From a virus (taxonomy: Duplodnaviria; Caudoviricetes): 33,304 bases of DNA. Below the pieces are notes generated by a model that was not told where the DNA came from, did no database searches, and worked only from the letters and a program-made list of their open reading frames with translations. Below are positions 19,200-27,218 of the stretch, one piece after another. Every line of letters begins with the position of its first letter. Within the stretch, counting starts at the first letter, position 1. The stretch spans positions 1 through 33,304 of IMG/VR virus record IMGVR_UViG_3300027785_000073, one strand, 5' to 3'. The position numbers were made by a program, and so were the translations under genes.

Positions 19200-19922
19200 A
19201 TTGACCCTTTCAGCCTCCTCCTCCTTGCCCAAGGCGCAGTCTCAGCCATTAAATCAGGCTGTGCAATGCTCCATGAAGGGCGCATGGAACTGGAGGGTGC
19301 TAAGAAGACAATTGAAGGGGTCATGGCTGATGTCAAAGCCATTAAGGGAATCTGGGATTGGCTCATTGGACTGTTTAACCCAAAGCCCAAGTCCAAGCCA
19401 GAAGACACCCCCAAGCCTTTGGCGAAAGCGAAAGCCGCTTCCAAGAAGCAACAGACTTATGAAGAAGTTGAACTACAAACCATCAACGAAGTGGGAGTCC
19501 AACTGGGCAACTTCTTTGACATACAGGCTCAACTAAACAACTACTATGCCTCTCTAGAGGCAGAATCAAAGGAACACTATGACCCAGATCAAAATACTTC
19601 TAAAAAGGCTATTGAACGTGCCTTGGTGGAACTCCAAATGGAAAACCTTGATGCACAAATTCGGGAACAAATGACTGTTTATGCCCCTGTTGAACTGAAG
19701 GCAATCTATACAAGGTTTCTAAAGATGTATGCAAAAATTCAACAAGAGCAAGAGTGGGCTAGATCAGAAGAAGTTAAGAAATTAAGATTACAGAGATGGA
19801 AACAAGAACAACAAGAAATATTCGTTATTGAAATGGTGAGTGGAGGGGTTGCAGTTGTGTTTATATCTATGTTTTTTGGATGGGCGATGTGGCAACTACG
19901 AAACTTGTCTTTTGGGTATTGA
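19200..19922 (+). CDS. Coiled-coil membrane protein, ~240 aa, probable ATT start codon
   Basis: AGGAG RBS 6 nt before ATT at 19200, with an in-frame TAA at 19194. Reads (M)DPFSLLLLAQGAVSAIKSGCAMLHEG; C-terminal TM segment VAVVFISMFFGWAMW. Confidence 0.7.
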   Translation: MDPFSLLLLAQGAVSAIKSGCAMLHEGRMELEGAKKTIEGVMADVKAIKGIWDWLIGLFNPKPKSKPEDTPKPLAKAKAASKKQQTYEEVELQTINEVGVQLGNFFDIQAQLNNYYASLEAESKEHYDPDQNTSKKAIERALVELQMENLDAQIREQMTVYAPVELKAIYTRFLKMYAKIQQEQEWARSEEVKKLRLQRWKQEQQEIFVIEMVSGGVAVVFISMFFGWAMWQLRNLSFGY

Positions 19923-20056
19923 TAGGAGTAGCCGTATGCATCATTGTTGGAGTAACCTCTATGGCATACGTGGAAACCTTGTATATGAGGGCGCAACTTA
20001 AACAAGAGATGAAAGAGTTACGCAAGTTGAAACAAGAACTGAAAGAATCTAAATGA
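19880..20056 (+). CDS. Small protein with N-terminal TM helix and C-terminal coiled coil, 58 aa (not in the ORF track)
   Basis: MGDVATTKLVFWVLIGVAVCIIVGVTSMAYVETLYMRAQLKQEMKELRKLKQELKESK. ATGA overlap with the lipoprotein gene. Confidence 0.7.
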   Translation: MGDVATTKLVFWVLIGVAVCIIVGVTSMAYVETLYMRAQLKQEMKELRKLKQELKESK

Positions 20057-20274
20057 AGTATTTATTGGTGCTTATGCTTTTAGTTGGTTGCGAAGACCGC
20101 TATCGGTATTTTTGCCAAGACCCAAAGCACTTCTCTGCCAAGCGTTGCCAACGCCCAGACTGCCAATTCACCCAAGACTGTCCTGATTACCTCGTAGCAC
20201 CTATATTGGAGAAACAAGTTGTCCAACCCCCACAAATTCCAAATCAATCGGCTTCTGAGCCAAGAGGAAATTGA
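20053..20274 (+). CDS. Cys-rich lipoprotein, 73 aa
   Basis: Signal peptide II MKYLLVLMLLVG-C, plus four further Cys in the mature part (CQDP...CQRPDC....C). Confidence 0.75.
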   Translation: MKYLLVLMLLVGCEDRYRYFCQDPKHFSAKRCQRPDCQFTQDCPDYLVAPILEKQVVQPPQIPNQSASEPRGN

Positions 20275-20722
20275 AATACGAGTTTGGGCTTGCGTAGTCC
20301 TAATCGTAACAATCATCCTCGCTGGTATCGTGATCTTTATGCTGTATAGCCTAGCCTTTGTGGTTCAGCCTATCAAGAGCATGGCTCCGATTGACCAAGC
20401 GTTTGCCAAGATGCTCAACGACATTGTTTTGCTGATTGTTGGCGGCATTGGTGGCGTGATGAGCCGTAAGGGTGTGCAAACTGTTTCTGAAAAACTATCC
20501 TCTACTGCACCACCTCCATCCCCTCCTAGCACCCCTACAACGCCTCCACCTGTGCCTACATCTACTTGGACTTCTCCATCTGGCGCATTACCAGCATGGA
20601 TAAACCCTGTCTTGGATGAAGAGTGGAGAGCGCCACCACCACCCACTACGCCACCTGACTATGTTGACCCTGCCAAGGAAGAAATAGCCAATGAACGGGC
20701 TTTAGCAAAGGCTGAACAATGA
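20219..20722 (+). CDS. Two-TM membrane protein with proline-rich C-terminal tail, ~167 aa (start uncertain)
   Basis: TM1 VWACVVLIVTIILAGIVIFMLYSLAFV and TM2 IVLLIVGGIGGVM, followed by a PPPSPPSTPTTPPP tail. Confidence 0.7.
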   Translation: MSNPHKFQINRLLSQEEIEIRVWACVVLIVTIILAGIVIFMLYSLAFVVQPIKSMAPIDQAFAKMLNDIVLLIVGGIGGVMSRKGVQTVSEKLSSTAPPPSPPSTPTTPPPVPTSTWTSPSGALPAWINPVLDEEWRAPPPPTTPPDYVDPAKEEIANERALAKAEQ

Positions 20723-21183
20723 TTCCTAATCCTTGGATGATATTGGGTGCTATCTTGGTGGCTGTGAGCGTCTATTTCTATGGGCATCACAAAGGGTGGG
20801 ATGAGCGTGACGCAGAAATGCAAGCAGAGATTGCTGTCAAGAACGAAGAATCCCGTGTAAAAGAGCAAGAACTTGCCAAACAATTAAATGACCAATCATC
20901 GAAACTTTTGGAGGCTAACAATGCCATTACTGAAAAACAGTCTAGTCTTGATCGTGCTATTCGTGCTGGTAGGGTGCGCCTCCCGTCCACAAGTTGCGTA
21001 CAAACCAATGGAAATCCCCCCGTTGCCAGCGGAAATAGCAACCAAGCGCCAAGCGAATCTGACACAGAGACTCTCCGACTTATTGCTCAAATCGCCGCAG
21101 ACGGAGACAAAGCCATCAACCAACTCAACGCCTGTATCGATGCCTACCAAGCAGTAATGGAGAAATCAAATGGTAAACGCTGA
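20719..21183 (+). CDS. Rz: Rz-like inner-membrane spanin, 154 aa
   Basis: N-terminal TM helix, periplasmic coiled coil, RAGRVRL and C-terminal ADGDKAINQLNACIDAY. Adjacent to the endolysin and contains a nested lipoprotein gene. Confidence 0.85.
   Translation: MIPNPWMILGAILVAVSVYFYGHHKGWDERDAEMQAEIAVKNEESRVKEQELAKQLNDQSSKLLEANNAITEKQSSLDRAIRAGRVRLPSTSCVQTNGNPPVASGNSNQAPSESDTETLRLIAQIAADGDKAINQLNACIDAYQAVMEKSNGKR
20921..21157 (+). CDS. Rz1: Rz1-like outer-membrane lipoprotein spanin embedded in the +1 frame of Rz, 78 aa
   Basis: GGAGG at 20910-20914, 6 nt before ATG 20921. Lipobox in MPLLKNSLVLIVLFVLVG-C; Pro-rich mature part (PMEIPPLP). Confidence 0.8.
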   Translation: MPLLKNSLVLIVLFVLVGCASRPQVAYKPMEIPPLPAEIATKRQANLTQRLSDLLLKSPQTETKPSTNSTPVSMPTKQ

Positions 21184-21766
21184 ACAACTGCAAAAACTCC
21201 ACATTGGTGCTGATTGGGTGGATGCCTTGAATGAGACATTCTCTAGGTTTAACCTGACCTCAAACAACCAAAAGGCTATGTTCATTGGTCAATGTAGCCA
21301 TGAGTGTGGCAACTTCCGTATCCTTGAAGAAAACCTAAACTACAAGGCGGCAACGCTAATGAAACTGTGGCCTAGAAGGTTTCCCACTTTGGAGAAAGCC
21401 AATGAATATGGTGGAAATCCTAAAAAGATCGCAAATATGGTCTATTCTTCTCGCATGGGCAACCGTGACGAAAATTCTGGTGACGGTTATCGTTTTCGTG
21501 GGCGTGGATGTATTCAACTTACTGGTTACTCAAACTATTTCCATGCTGGTAAAGCATTGGGTGTGGATTTTGGTCTTGAGCCTGACCTTGTTGCTACCCC
21601 TAAATTTGCCGCACTTACTGGGGGATGGTTTTGGTCTACCCACAACTGTAATGCTCCAGCGGATGCCCTTGACTACACTAAAGTAACCAAGATCATCAAT
21701 GGTGGCACGATAGGGTTAGATGACCGCATAAAGCACGTTCAACAGGCTCTAGCGGTCTTAGGTTAG
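21170..21766 (+). CDS. Endolysin, glycoside hydrolase family 19 (chitinase-like), 198 aa
   Basis: GH19 motifs QCSHECGNF..LEENLNY, GDGYRFRGRGCIQLTG..NY and TKIINGG..GLDDR. Confidence 0.92.
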   Translation: MVNAEQLQKLHIGADWVDALNETFSRFNLTSNNQKAMFIGQCSHECGNFRILEENLNYKAATLMKLWPRRFPTLEKANEYGGNPKKIANMVYSSRMGNRDENSGDGYRFRGRGCIQLTGYSNYFHAGKALGVDFGLEPDLVATPKFAALTGGWFWSTHNCNAPADALDYTKVTKIINGGTIGLDDRIKHVQQALAVLG

Positions 21767-21867
21767 TCTTTGTCAGAACTAAGGAAAAAGACTGCCACTA
21801 ATATGCCAACGGCAATAGAAGCACCAAGGCCAAGCAGAACAATTATGGTTAGGATGTTTTCTAGCAT
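21763..21867 (-). CDS. Single-TM micropeptide, 34 aa
   Basis: MLENILTIIVLLGLGASIAVGILVAVFFLSSDKD; RBS AGGAG. Confidence 0.6.
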   Translation of the reverse strand: MLENILTIIVLLGLGASIAVGILVAVFFLSSDKD

Positions 21868-21974
21868 TTAATCTTGCTCCTAATTAAGTCTTCCAAACAC
21901 TTCATCAGAGTGAATACCGCACTTAAAAATGAAGGGGCTAACATACCAAGAATAAAAAGCGTGACATCATACAT
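21861..21974 (-). CDS. Single-TM micropeptide, 37 aa
   Basis: MYDVTLFILGMLAPSFLSAVFTLMKCLEDLIRSKIKC; RBS GGAG; overlaps both neighbours. Confidence 0.55.
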   Translation of the reverse strand: MYDVTLFILGMLAPSFLSAVFTLMKCLEDLIRSKIKC

Positions 21975-22107
21975 ATCTTGTCTCCAAATACATTTCGTGG
22001 AATGCCCAGACAACTAACCAATCCCACATTAGGTGAGGGCAATGACCAGAATGGTAATACTTTGCCATTTTTAGGCAATAGGCTTTAGTTGGTGCTGGTT
22101 GTTTCAT
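21967..22107 (-). CDS. Hypothetical micro-protein, 46 aa
   Basis: MKQPAPTKAYCLKMAKYYHSGHCPHLMWDWLVVWAFHEMYLETRYV; RBS GGAGG. Confidence 0.55.
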   Translation of the reverse strand: MKQPAPTKAYCLKMAKYYHSGHCPHLMWDWLVVWAFHEMYLETRYV

Positions 22108-22318
22108 ACTTTGCCTCCAGTTCGGTAACCCTGTCAGACAGCACACGAACTAACTCGCTCAAGATTGCAACTTCAGCAACTAGCTTGGCCTCCTTGCTAG
22201 GATTGCGAATTATTTCTTTCCTAACATAACTCTGCTCCATTGCACTAAAGACTTCAGCTTCTTCTGGAGTTTCTGTAAGGATGCGTAATGGATATGTGAT
22301 ACCAATTGGTTTACGCAT
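22085..22318 (-). CDS. Hypothetical protein with C-terminal coiled coil, 77 aa
   Basis: Start re-assigned to ATG 22318 (MRKPIGITYP), preceded by GGAG. Confidence 0.6.
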   Translation of the reverse strand: MRKPIGITYPLRILTETPEEAEVFSAMEQSYVRKEIIRNPSKEAKLVAEVAILSELVRVLSDRVTELEAKYETTSTN

Positions 22319-22319
22319 A

Positions 22320-22529
22320 TCAACTCCAAATGTATTTGTTAAACATATAGACAAAGAAACCAACAATTGCAATCAGCGCACAAAGTATGGCGAAGTCGCT
22401 GATCTGCGGCTCACGATAAGCACCTGTGAAGATGTCTTCATTGACATACTCTTTAGGCCATGCCTCTTTAATAGTGCGTGGAAACACACGCACAGTTGGA
22501 TGGTTTTCTTCAACTTCTTCTTGCATCAT
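22320..22529 (-). CDS. Hypothetical protein with C-terminal TM helix, 69 aa
   Basis: RVFPRTIKEAWP motif and a hydrophobic C-terminus; RBS AGGAG. Confidence 0.65.
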   Translation of the reverse strand: MMQEEVEENHPTVRVFPRTIKEAWPKEYVNEDIFTGAYREPQISDFAILCALIAIVGFFVYMFNKYIWS

Positions 22530-22675
22530 TTTATTAAACTCCTGTAAGCGTTGATTGCGTCTTTCAGATCGTTTTGCAATTGCTCGATGTGGTTTTGTTG
22601 CTCTTGCATCTTAATATACGCCTCTTGAGCAAACTTGGCTAGATTCTCTTGGCTCCATGACTCGAATGTTGGCAT
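22526..22675 (-). CDS. Small coiled-coil protein, 49 aa (not in the ORF track)
   Basis: MPTFESWSQENLAKFAQEAYIKMQEQQNHIEQLQNDLKDAINAYRSLIK; RBS GGAG; ATGA overlap. Confidence 0.7.
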   Translation of the reverse strand: MPTFESWSQENLAKFAQEAYIKMQEQQNHIEQLQNDLKDAINAYRSLIK

Positions 22676-22677
22676 TG

Positions 22678-22905
22678 TTATCTCCAAAATCTTTTAAGGT
22701 TGTCGATTGAAAATGTTTTTTGGTACTCAGTTTCTTTGGGTGTGGTTAACCTGTTCTTCTGAGGTAACGCCCCCGTGAACACTTCTTCTTTGGTTTTGAA
22801 GATACAAAAGCAAAGTTTGCAATATCTACGGCGGTAAGTGAATTCTTCATTCTGTATGGTTTCGGTGATTGCGATCTTGTCACCAGCACAGGTAGGACAC
22901 TTCAA
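22678..22905 (-). CDS. NrdR-N-terminal-like zinc-ribbon protein, 75 aa (TTG start)
   Basis: KCPTC...YRRRYCKLC..IFKTKE matches CPxC...RRRxCxxC..FxTxE. TTGA overlap with the upstream stop. Confidence 0.7.
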   Translation of the reverse strand: MKCPTCAGDKIAITETIQNEEFTYRRRYCKLCFCIFKTKEEVFTGALPQKNRLTTPKETEYQKTFSIDNLKRFWR

Positions 22906-23102
22906 AATGGGACTCCATCCCAAGACCAGAATTCGCAATCAACTGTGCCTTGTACCCAATCGTCTGGTGGTGGGGCTTTGAACTCTTGGCACAGGCCAAG
23001 GCTGAATCTTTCACAGCTATGGCAGTTCACAGGTATGGCATTGATCTGCGCCAATTGTTTTACCAAATGCCCTTTGATGGCGTTTAGTTCAATTAAATTC
23101 AT
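22902..23102 (-). CDS. Small Cys-containing protein, 66 aa
   Basis: CHSC...C...C with C-terminal WDGVPF; overlaps the end of the helicase gene. Confidence 0.65.
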   Translation of the reverse strand: MNLIELNAIKGHLVKQLAQINAIPVNCHSCERFSLGLCQEFKAPPPDDWVQGTVDCEFWSWDGVPF

Positions 23103-24708
23103 AGTCTCTTATCTCCGTGTATTTTCCGTTTTGGCGAGTTGCAATGCGGTCTGGTTTCTTTAGGCACTTTGGCTCAAAAAGCAAAGTCTTGATTGCATCT
23201 GCAACGCTTTTTGGATAATCGTAATCCTTAGAACTTCGGCGAATGATCCACCAAGAGACAGCCTTCTGTCCTGCGTAACCCGTATGGTCAAAGCAGACCC
23301 ATTCTGAGGCGGTCTTCAGGATTCCAGAATAGTAGTCAACCCTTAGAGAGTCGGGCTTGCCCTCCTTCTTGTGGGTGTGGTACTCGACTTTGGTAACGTC
23401 ATGCCAAACGATTGTTCGCTTGGATTGCTCAGACAACAATGCGGCATAAGACAGCGAGGCATCCAAGACCTTAACCTGTTCTTCTCTGATCGTGGCTCCA
23501 CAGACTATGCAAGTCAATGCGGCGGCAACATTCCTTTCGCCACAGTCTGGGCAGATACAGAATGGGGCTTCTTGATTGCTGGTTATGCGTTTGGTTCTAC
23601 CAGTTACTGTGTCTACAGTACCCATCCTTGCAACTGTGTCAGTAAAGTCGAGAACCAAGCAATCTTTCTTGCCATCTGCAATGCGTGTTCCTCGACCCAT
23701 GCCTTGAACGTACAAGACTGGTGACTGCGTTGGTCTGCACCAAATAATGCAATCCACATCTGGCACATCAAAACCAGTAGACAAAGCTAAGACAGTTACC
23801 AAGCAATGGATTTCCCCATTGCGGAAATCCCTAATAAGGTTTTCCCTTATGAGTTTTGGTGTCTCGCCACAGACAACGGCGGTTTCTATACCAAGGGAAT
23901 TTAAGCGATTACAGAGGCTGTCTGCGTTAACGACACTTGGTGTAAAGGCTATCCACTTCTTGCGGTCTGAGGCGATTCTGGTGGCTTCTAGGGCTACTTT
24001 GCCCAAGTATTTCTCAACTTCCAAAGACAACTCACCAATTTTGTAATCTCCATTGGAGATGCCAACCTTGCTGGCATCGATCTGGGTTACAACTCCAAAC
24101 TTTGGTGGGACTAGCGGCGCAATGAATTCGCCATCTAACAACTCACGCATGGTGACTCGACTAGCAAAGCCTGTGAACAGAGGATCGTCCCCATCTGTCA
24201 ACCAGACCCCATTGCCCCTAAAAGGCGTGGCGGTCATGCCAACTGTGCGGTACTCGCAGAGTTCGGACAGCTTGGACAAGAAGGTTCGGTACATCCCCTT
24301 TGGCTTTGTGTCTACCAGATGCGCCTCATCAATGATCACCATCTTGATGTCACCAAGAAGGTGTGCAGATTTAACAATCGATCCTATAGTGGCCACAATG
24401 ACATCTGCATCATGCTGTTTTTTGCCAAGGCTTGCACTCACAAAGCCAACCTTGATTGTTGATGGCAAAAGTGCTTGCAACTTCTCAGCGTTTTGCTCTG
24501 CCAACTCCTTGGATGGAACTAGCACCACAGTTCTGGGGTGAAAGAGAGGCCATTGCTCCCACATCTGGCGCACAACTTCAGCACAGATGACAGACTTTCC
24601 CGCCGCAGTTGGCAGGACTAGCAACGGGATGTCTGTGACCTCTTGATGCTTTGTCCACCAATCAAACAGGCTGGTGACTGTGCGAGTCTGGTACTCACGC
24701 AGGATCAT
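23089..24708 (-). CDS. Superfamily 2 DExH helicase (RadD/YejH-like) with zinc finger, ~539 aa
   Basis: LREYQ Q-motif, PTAAGKS Walker A, DEAH, TATP, GFDVP, QGMGRGTR and CPDC...CIVC. Start re-assigned to ATG 24708. Confidence 0.9.
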   Translation of the reverse strand: MILREYQTRTVTSLFDWWTKHQEVTDIPLLVLPTAAGKSVICAEVVRQMWEQWPLFHPRTVVLVPSKELAEQNAEKLQALLPSTIKVGFVSASLGKKQHDADVIVATIGSIVKSAHLLGDIKMVIIDEAHLVDTKPKGMYRTFLSKLSELCEYRTVGMTATPFRGNGVWLTDGDDPLFTGFASRVTMRELLDGEFIAPLVPPKFGVVTQIDASKVGISNGDYKIGELSLEVEKYLGKVALEATRIASDRKKWIAFTPSVVNADSLCNRLNSLGIETAVVCGETPKLIRENLIRDFRNGEIHCLVTVLALSTGFDVPDVDCIIWCRPTQSPVLYVQGMGRGTRIADGKKDCLVLDFTDTVARMGTVDTVTGRTKRITSNQEAPFCICPDCGERNVAAALTCIVCGATIREEQVKVLDASLSYAALLSEQSKRTIVWHDVTKVEYHTHKKEGKPDSLRVDYYSGILKTASEWVCFDHTGYAGQKAVSWWIIRRSSKDYDYPKSVADAIKTLLFEPKCLKKPDRIATRQNGKYTEIRDYEFN

Positions 24709-24862
24709 TTTTTCTCGCCTCAAGCATTGCGTCTGCCATTTCGTAAGCAGTCTTTGCAATGTAATTGCATTTTGGTTGCTCAACATCAACCATCATCCCT
24801 TGCATAGCCTGAGCCGCAAAATAATCTCTTAAAGTTATTTTTTCAATTGGTACTGTTTTCAT
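24695..24862 (-). CDS. Small phage protein of the LRDYFAAxAMQG type, 55 aa
   Basis: LRDYFAAQAMQG...AYEMADAMLEAR; ATGA overlap with the nuclease stop; RBS GGAGG. Confidence 0.75.
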   Translation of the reverse strand: MKTVPIEKITLRDYFAAQAMQGMMVDVEQPKCNYIAKTAYEMADAMLEARKNDPA

Positions 24863-25944
24863 ACAAACTTTCCTCCATGTTGCTTGCGTATTTCTAAGCA
24901 TTGCTCGTCCACCAAAATAGTCTTGTCTGCACAGGCGTGGATTTCTTGACTACTCAAGTGGTCTAGGTTCTTTGCTGGATCGCCATTGGTAAAGCGTTTG
25001 CCGTCTGCCATCTCGTAGACAACGCCACTTTCGTCTGTGTCAATAGGATGGGCAGTCTTAGCCAACAGAATTGGAATGATTCTGTGGTCTGCACAACCTT
25101 GTCGCTGGTCATCAACCGACAAATCTTTTTTGTGCGTTTGGCAACTCCATCTTGCCTCTCCATCCATTTCTGGGGTGGCGTGGGCGCATGATCTGCAAGA
25201 TGCGGCTGGTGTATCTGTGCCATGACAAATTGCATGGTAGTCGCAGAACTTGCACTCGTACCAACTAGGATCAGTAGAGACACCAACAGGTGGCTCCGTG
25301 GCGGTGATGATTGCAATAGCTTTGTCAATGATGGCTTGAGCCTCAACGGGATCAAACTCGATTCGTTCTGTATAGATTTCATCGTTATCCTTGTTGACCA
25401 CAAAGTACAAAGCCCTTTTGCAACCATCATCACCAAACTCATCACTTGTCCACTTCATGTATATTTGCATCTGCCCATAGTGTTCTGGTTTGGACTTCTT
25501 TACGCCATTTTTTTGCATATCCCGAAACATCTTGTCTGATGCGGTCTTGATCTCCAAAATGTGCGGTGACTTAGGAGCCTGTGGCAGACCCGTGATGATG
25601 CCATCACAGTTGCCTTGGAAGTGACCACCAGAAGACTCTTCAACAAAAGACCATTGCTTGCCTGTCGTTGGATTGTTTTGATAGACAGTACAACCAATGC
25701 TTGCTAAGTCTTGATAGACACGTGGCTCTTGCAGATGCCCAGATTGGAACACTCGATACAAGCGGCCTGAGAATTGTGGAGCCTTAGACCAGCGGAAAGA
25801 ATACCAATGTTGTCTTAGGCAAGGCTTGCCAATGGCAGATGCCCCAAGGTATGGACGCTGTGGCTCAGAGCCATACTTTGCTTTGTAATAAGCAAAGATG
25901 GCATCTGATACAGGGTCTACCACAGATTGCGGTAGAACTGCCAT
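24859..25944 (-). CDS. Cas4-like PD-(D/E)XK exonuclease with Fe-S cysteines, ~361 aa
   Basis: SAIGKPCLRQHWY, GNCDG, LEIKT, QMQIYM and CKFCDYHAIC. Start re-assigned to ATG 25944. Confidence 0.85.
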   Translation of the reverse strand: MAVLPQSVVDPVSDAIFAYYKAKYGSEPQRPYLGASAIGKPCLRQHWYSFRWSKAPQFSGRLYRVFQSGHLQEPRVYQDLASIGCTVYQNNPTTGKQWSFVEESSGGHFQGNCDGIITGLPQAPKSPHILEIKTASDKMFRDMQKNGVKKSKPEHYGQMQIYMKWTSDEFGDDGCKRALYFVVNKDNDEIYTERIEFDPVEAQAIIDKAIAIITATEPPVGVSTDPSWYECKFCDYHAICHGTDTPAASCRSCAHATPEMDGEARWSCQTHKKDLSVDDQRQGCADHRIIPILLAKTAHPIDTDESGVVYEMADGKRFTNGDPAKNLDHLSSQEIHACADKTILVDEQCLEIRKQHGGKFV

Positions 25945-25945
25945 A

Positions 25946-26431
25946 TTACTTCTTAGCCCAAGCAGGGGCTTTGGAAGTTGTGGGTGCGGTAGCTGGTGCT
26001 GTATCAGCAACTTGTGCTGAATGGGTTGGCGTAGCACCAGAGGCGGACTCATAGCCCTTGATGTTGTTGCTCTCTTGGTACTTGCCATCTGCCTCACGGA
26101 CTGTGACCTTGACTCGTACAGGCTTGTAATGCAATGCAGAAGTGTCTTCTAACTTGATCACATTCACGGCGTGGCAAAGGGCAGACAACTGTGCTTGGGC
26201 AATCCGTTGAGTGATTTCGTTTGTGTGCTGAATGTTCATGTTGTCCCACACACGCCGTCCCTTGTATTGCCCATCAATGATTTCCAAAGTCAGCTTCAAG
26301 CCTTCACCATTGCCAGAGGCCAATGGGCGAATGTCAGACTCCGTGATGTGCGCCAAATAAGTGCCAGCGGGTAAGACTCCATTTATGATCTGCGGAGCGA
26401 CAGCGGATGCGTCAAAAGAAAAGTTAGCCAT
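25946..26431 (-). CDS. DUF669-like single-stranded DNA-binding protein, 161 aa
   Basis: LPAGTYLAHI...G.YKGRRVWD...NNIKGY with a flexible C-terminal tail ending PAWAKK. Follows the Sak4-like ATPase. Confidence 0.8.
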   Translation of the reverse strand: MANFSFDASAVAPQIINGVLPAGTYLAHITESDIRPLASGNGEGLKLTLEIIDGQYKGRRVWDNMNIQHTNEITQRIAQAQLSALCHAVNVIKLEDTSALHYKPVRVKVTVREADGKYQESNNIKGYESASGATPTHSAQVADTAPATAPTTSKAPAWAKK

Positions 26432-26473
26432 TTTTTAGATTCCTAAAAGTTAATAAAGTTACGGACTGAAAGA

Positions 26474-27217
26474 TCAAGACTGTGCTTTTGTCAAAGCGTC
26501 TTGGAATACCGCCCAGTCAAGCGGCATATTGGATAAGCCAAAGCGGTTACCACCGCAATGCGCTGGGTGCGCCTCAACATGGAGGATGCGTTCACCCGTT
26601 GTAGTTGCCTTGGTTTCTTTCTTGTTGAAACCAGCATCTGTTTTGTTTGTGTAAATTCTGTAACCAGCGTAGCCAATCACATCTGCCCACTCCTGCACCA
26701 ATGCGGCGGCTCTGTCGTGGAGTTTTAAAACGTGGGAGTCATAGCCCTCAGTTAAGGGGTCTTCCACTCTCTTAATTTTGTCGTGGGCAATTAGGATGAT
26801 CCCCATTTGCTTTGTCGATCTAAGAACTTCCAGACCAGTAAGAAGGTTGCGCCATTCTTCAGCGGCGGCAACGTAGCCCTTGCCAAAGCCAGGCTGTTCA
26901 ATGCTCTTCCAACCATTCGCCTTGCACACATGATCCTGCACCTGTGGCTCCAACCAATCGAGCGAATCGATAAACAGCGTCTTGAAGTCATGCTCGTTGG
27001 TGATCAATGTCTCGATAGCTGAATAGACCTCTTGCAGACTAGATGCCAAAGGAAATGCGTTTGTGTCTACTGCGTCTGCACCATCCTCAGTCAAGATGCC
27101 AATCGCATTGGGTGCGTGGGATGCAAAGGTGGTCTTGCCAATCTTTCCTGCGCCAACTAAACATATTTTTGGCGCACGAACACGGCGGGTTTTTGATATG
27201 GATTTGAGATCGAACAT
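26474..27217 (-). CDS. Sak4-like AAA ATPase / single-strand annealing protein, 247 aa
   Basis: Walker A GAGKIGKTT, Walker B LFIDSLD, GFGKGY, IILIAH and EWADVIGY. Confidence 0.85.
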   Translation of the reverse strand: MFDLKSISKTRRVRAPKICLVGAGKIGKTTFASHAPNAIGILTEDGADAVDTNAFPLASSLQEVYSAIETLITNEHDFKTLFIDSLDWLEPQVQDHVCKANGWKSIEQPGFGKGYVAAAEEWRNLLTGLEVLRSTKQMGIILIAHDKIKRVEDPLTEGYDSHVLKLHDRAAALVQEWADVIGYAGYRIYTNKTDAGFNKKETKATTTGERILHVEAHPAHCGGNRFGLSNMPLDWAVFQDALTKAQS

Positions 27218-27218
27218 A

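Noticed and set aside
19156-19536. 126-aa alternative-frame ORF as the gene following the last ejection protein
   Set aside because: It starts inside the previous gene without an RBS. A TTG at 19201 in this frame could use the same SD, but the ATT frame gives the long coherent membrane protein. Not fully excluded without ribosome profiling.
24709-26097. Extended N-termini given by the ORF track for helicase (24789), small protein (24901) and nuclease (26097)
   Set aside because: The extensions overlap upstream genes extensively. Downstream ATGs at 24708, 24862 and 25944 give normal junctions and begin at the recognisable domains.
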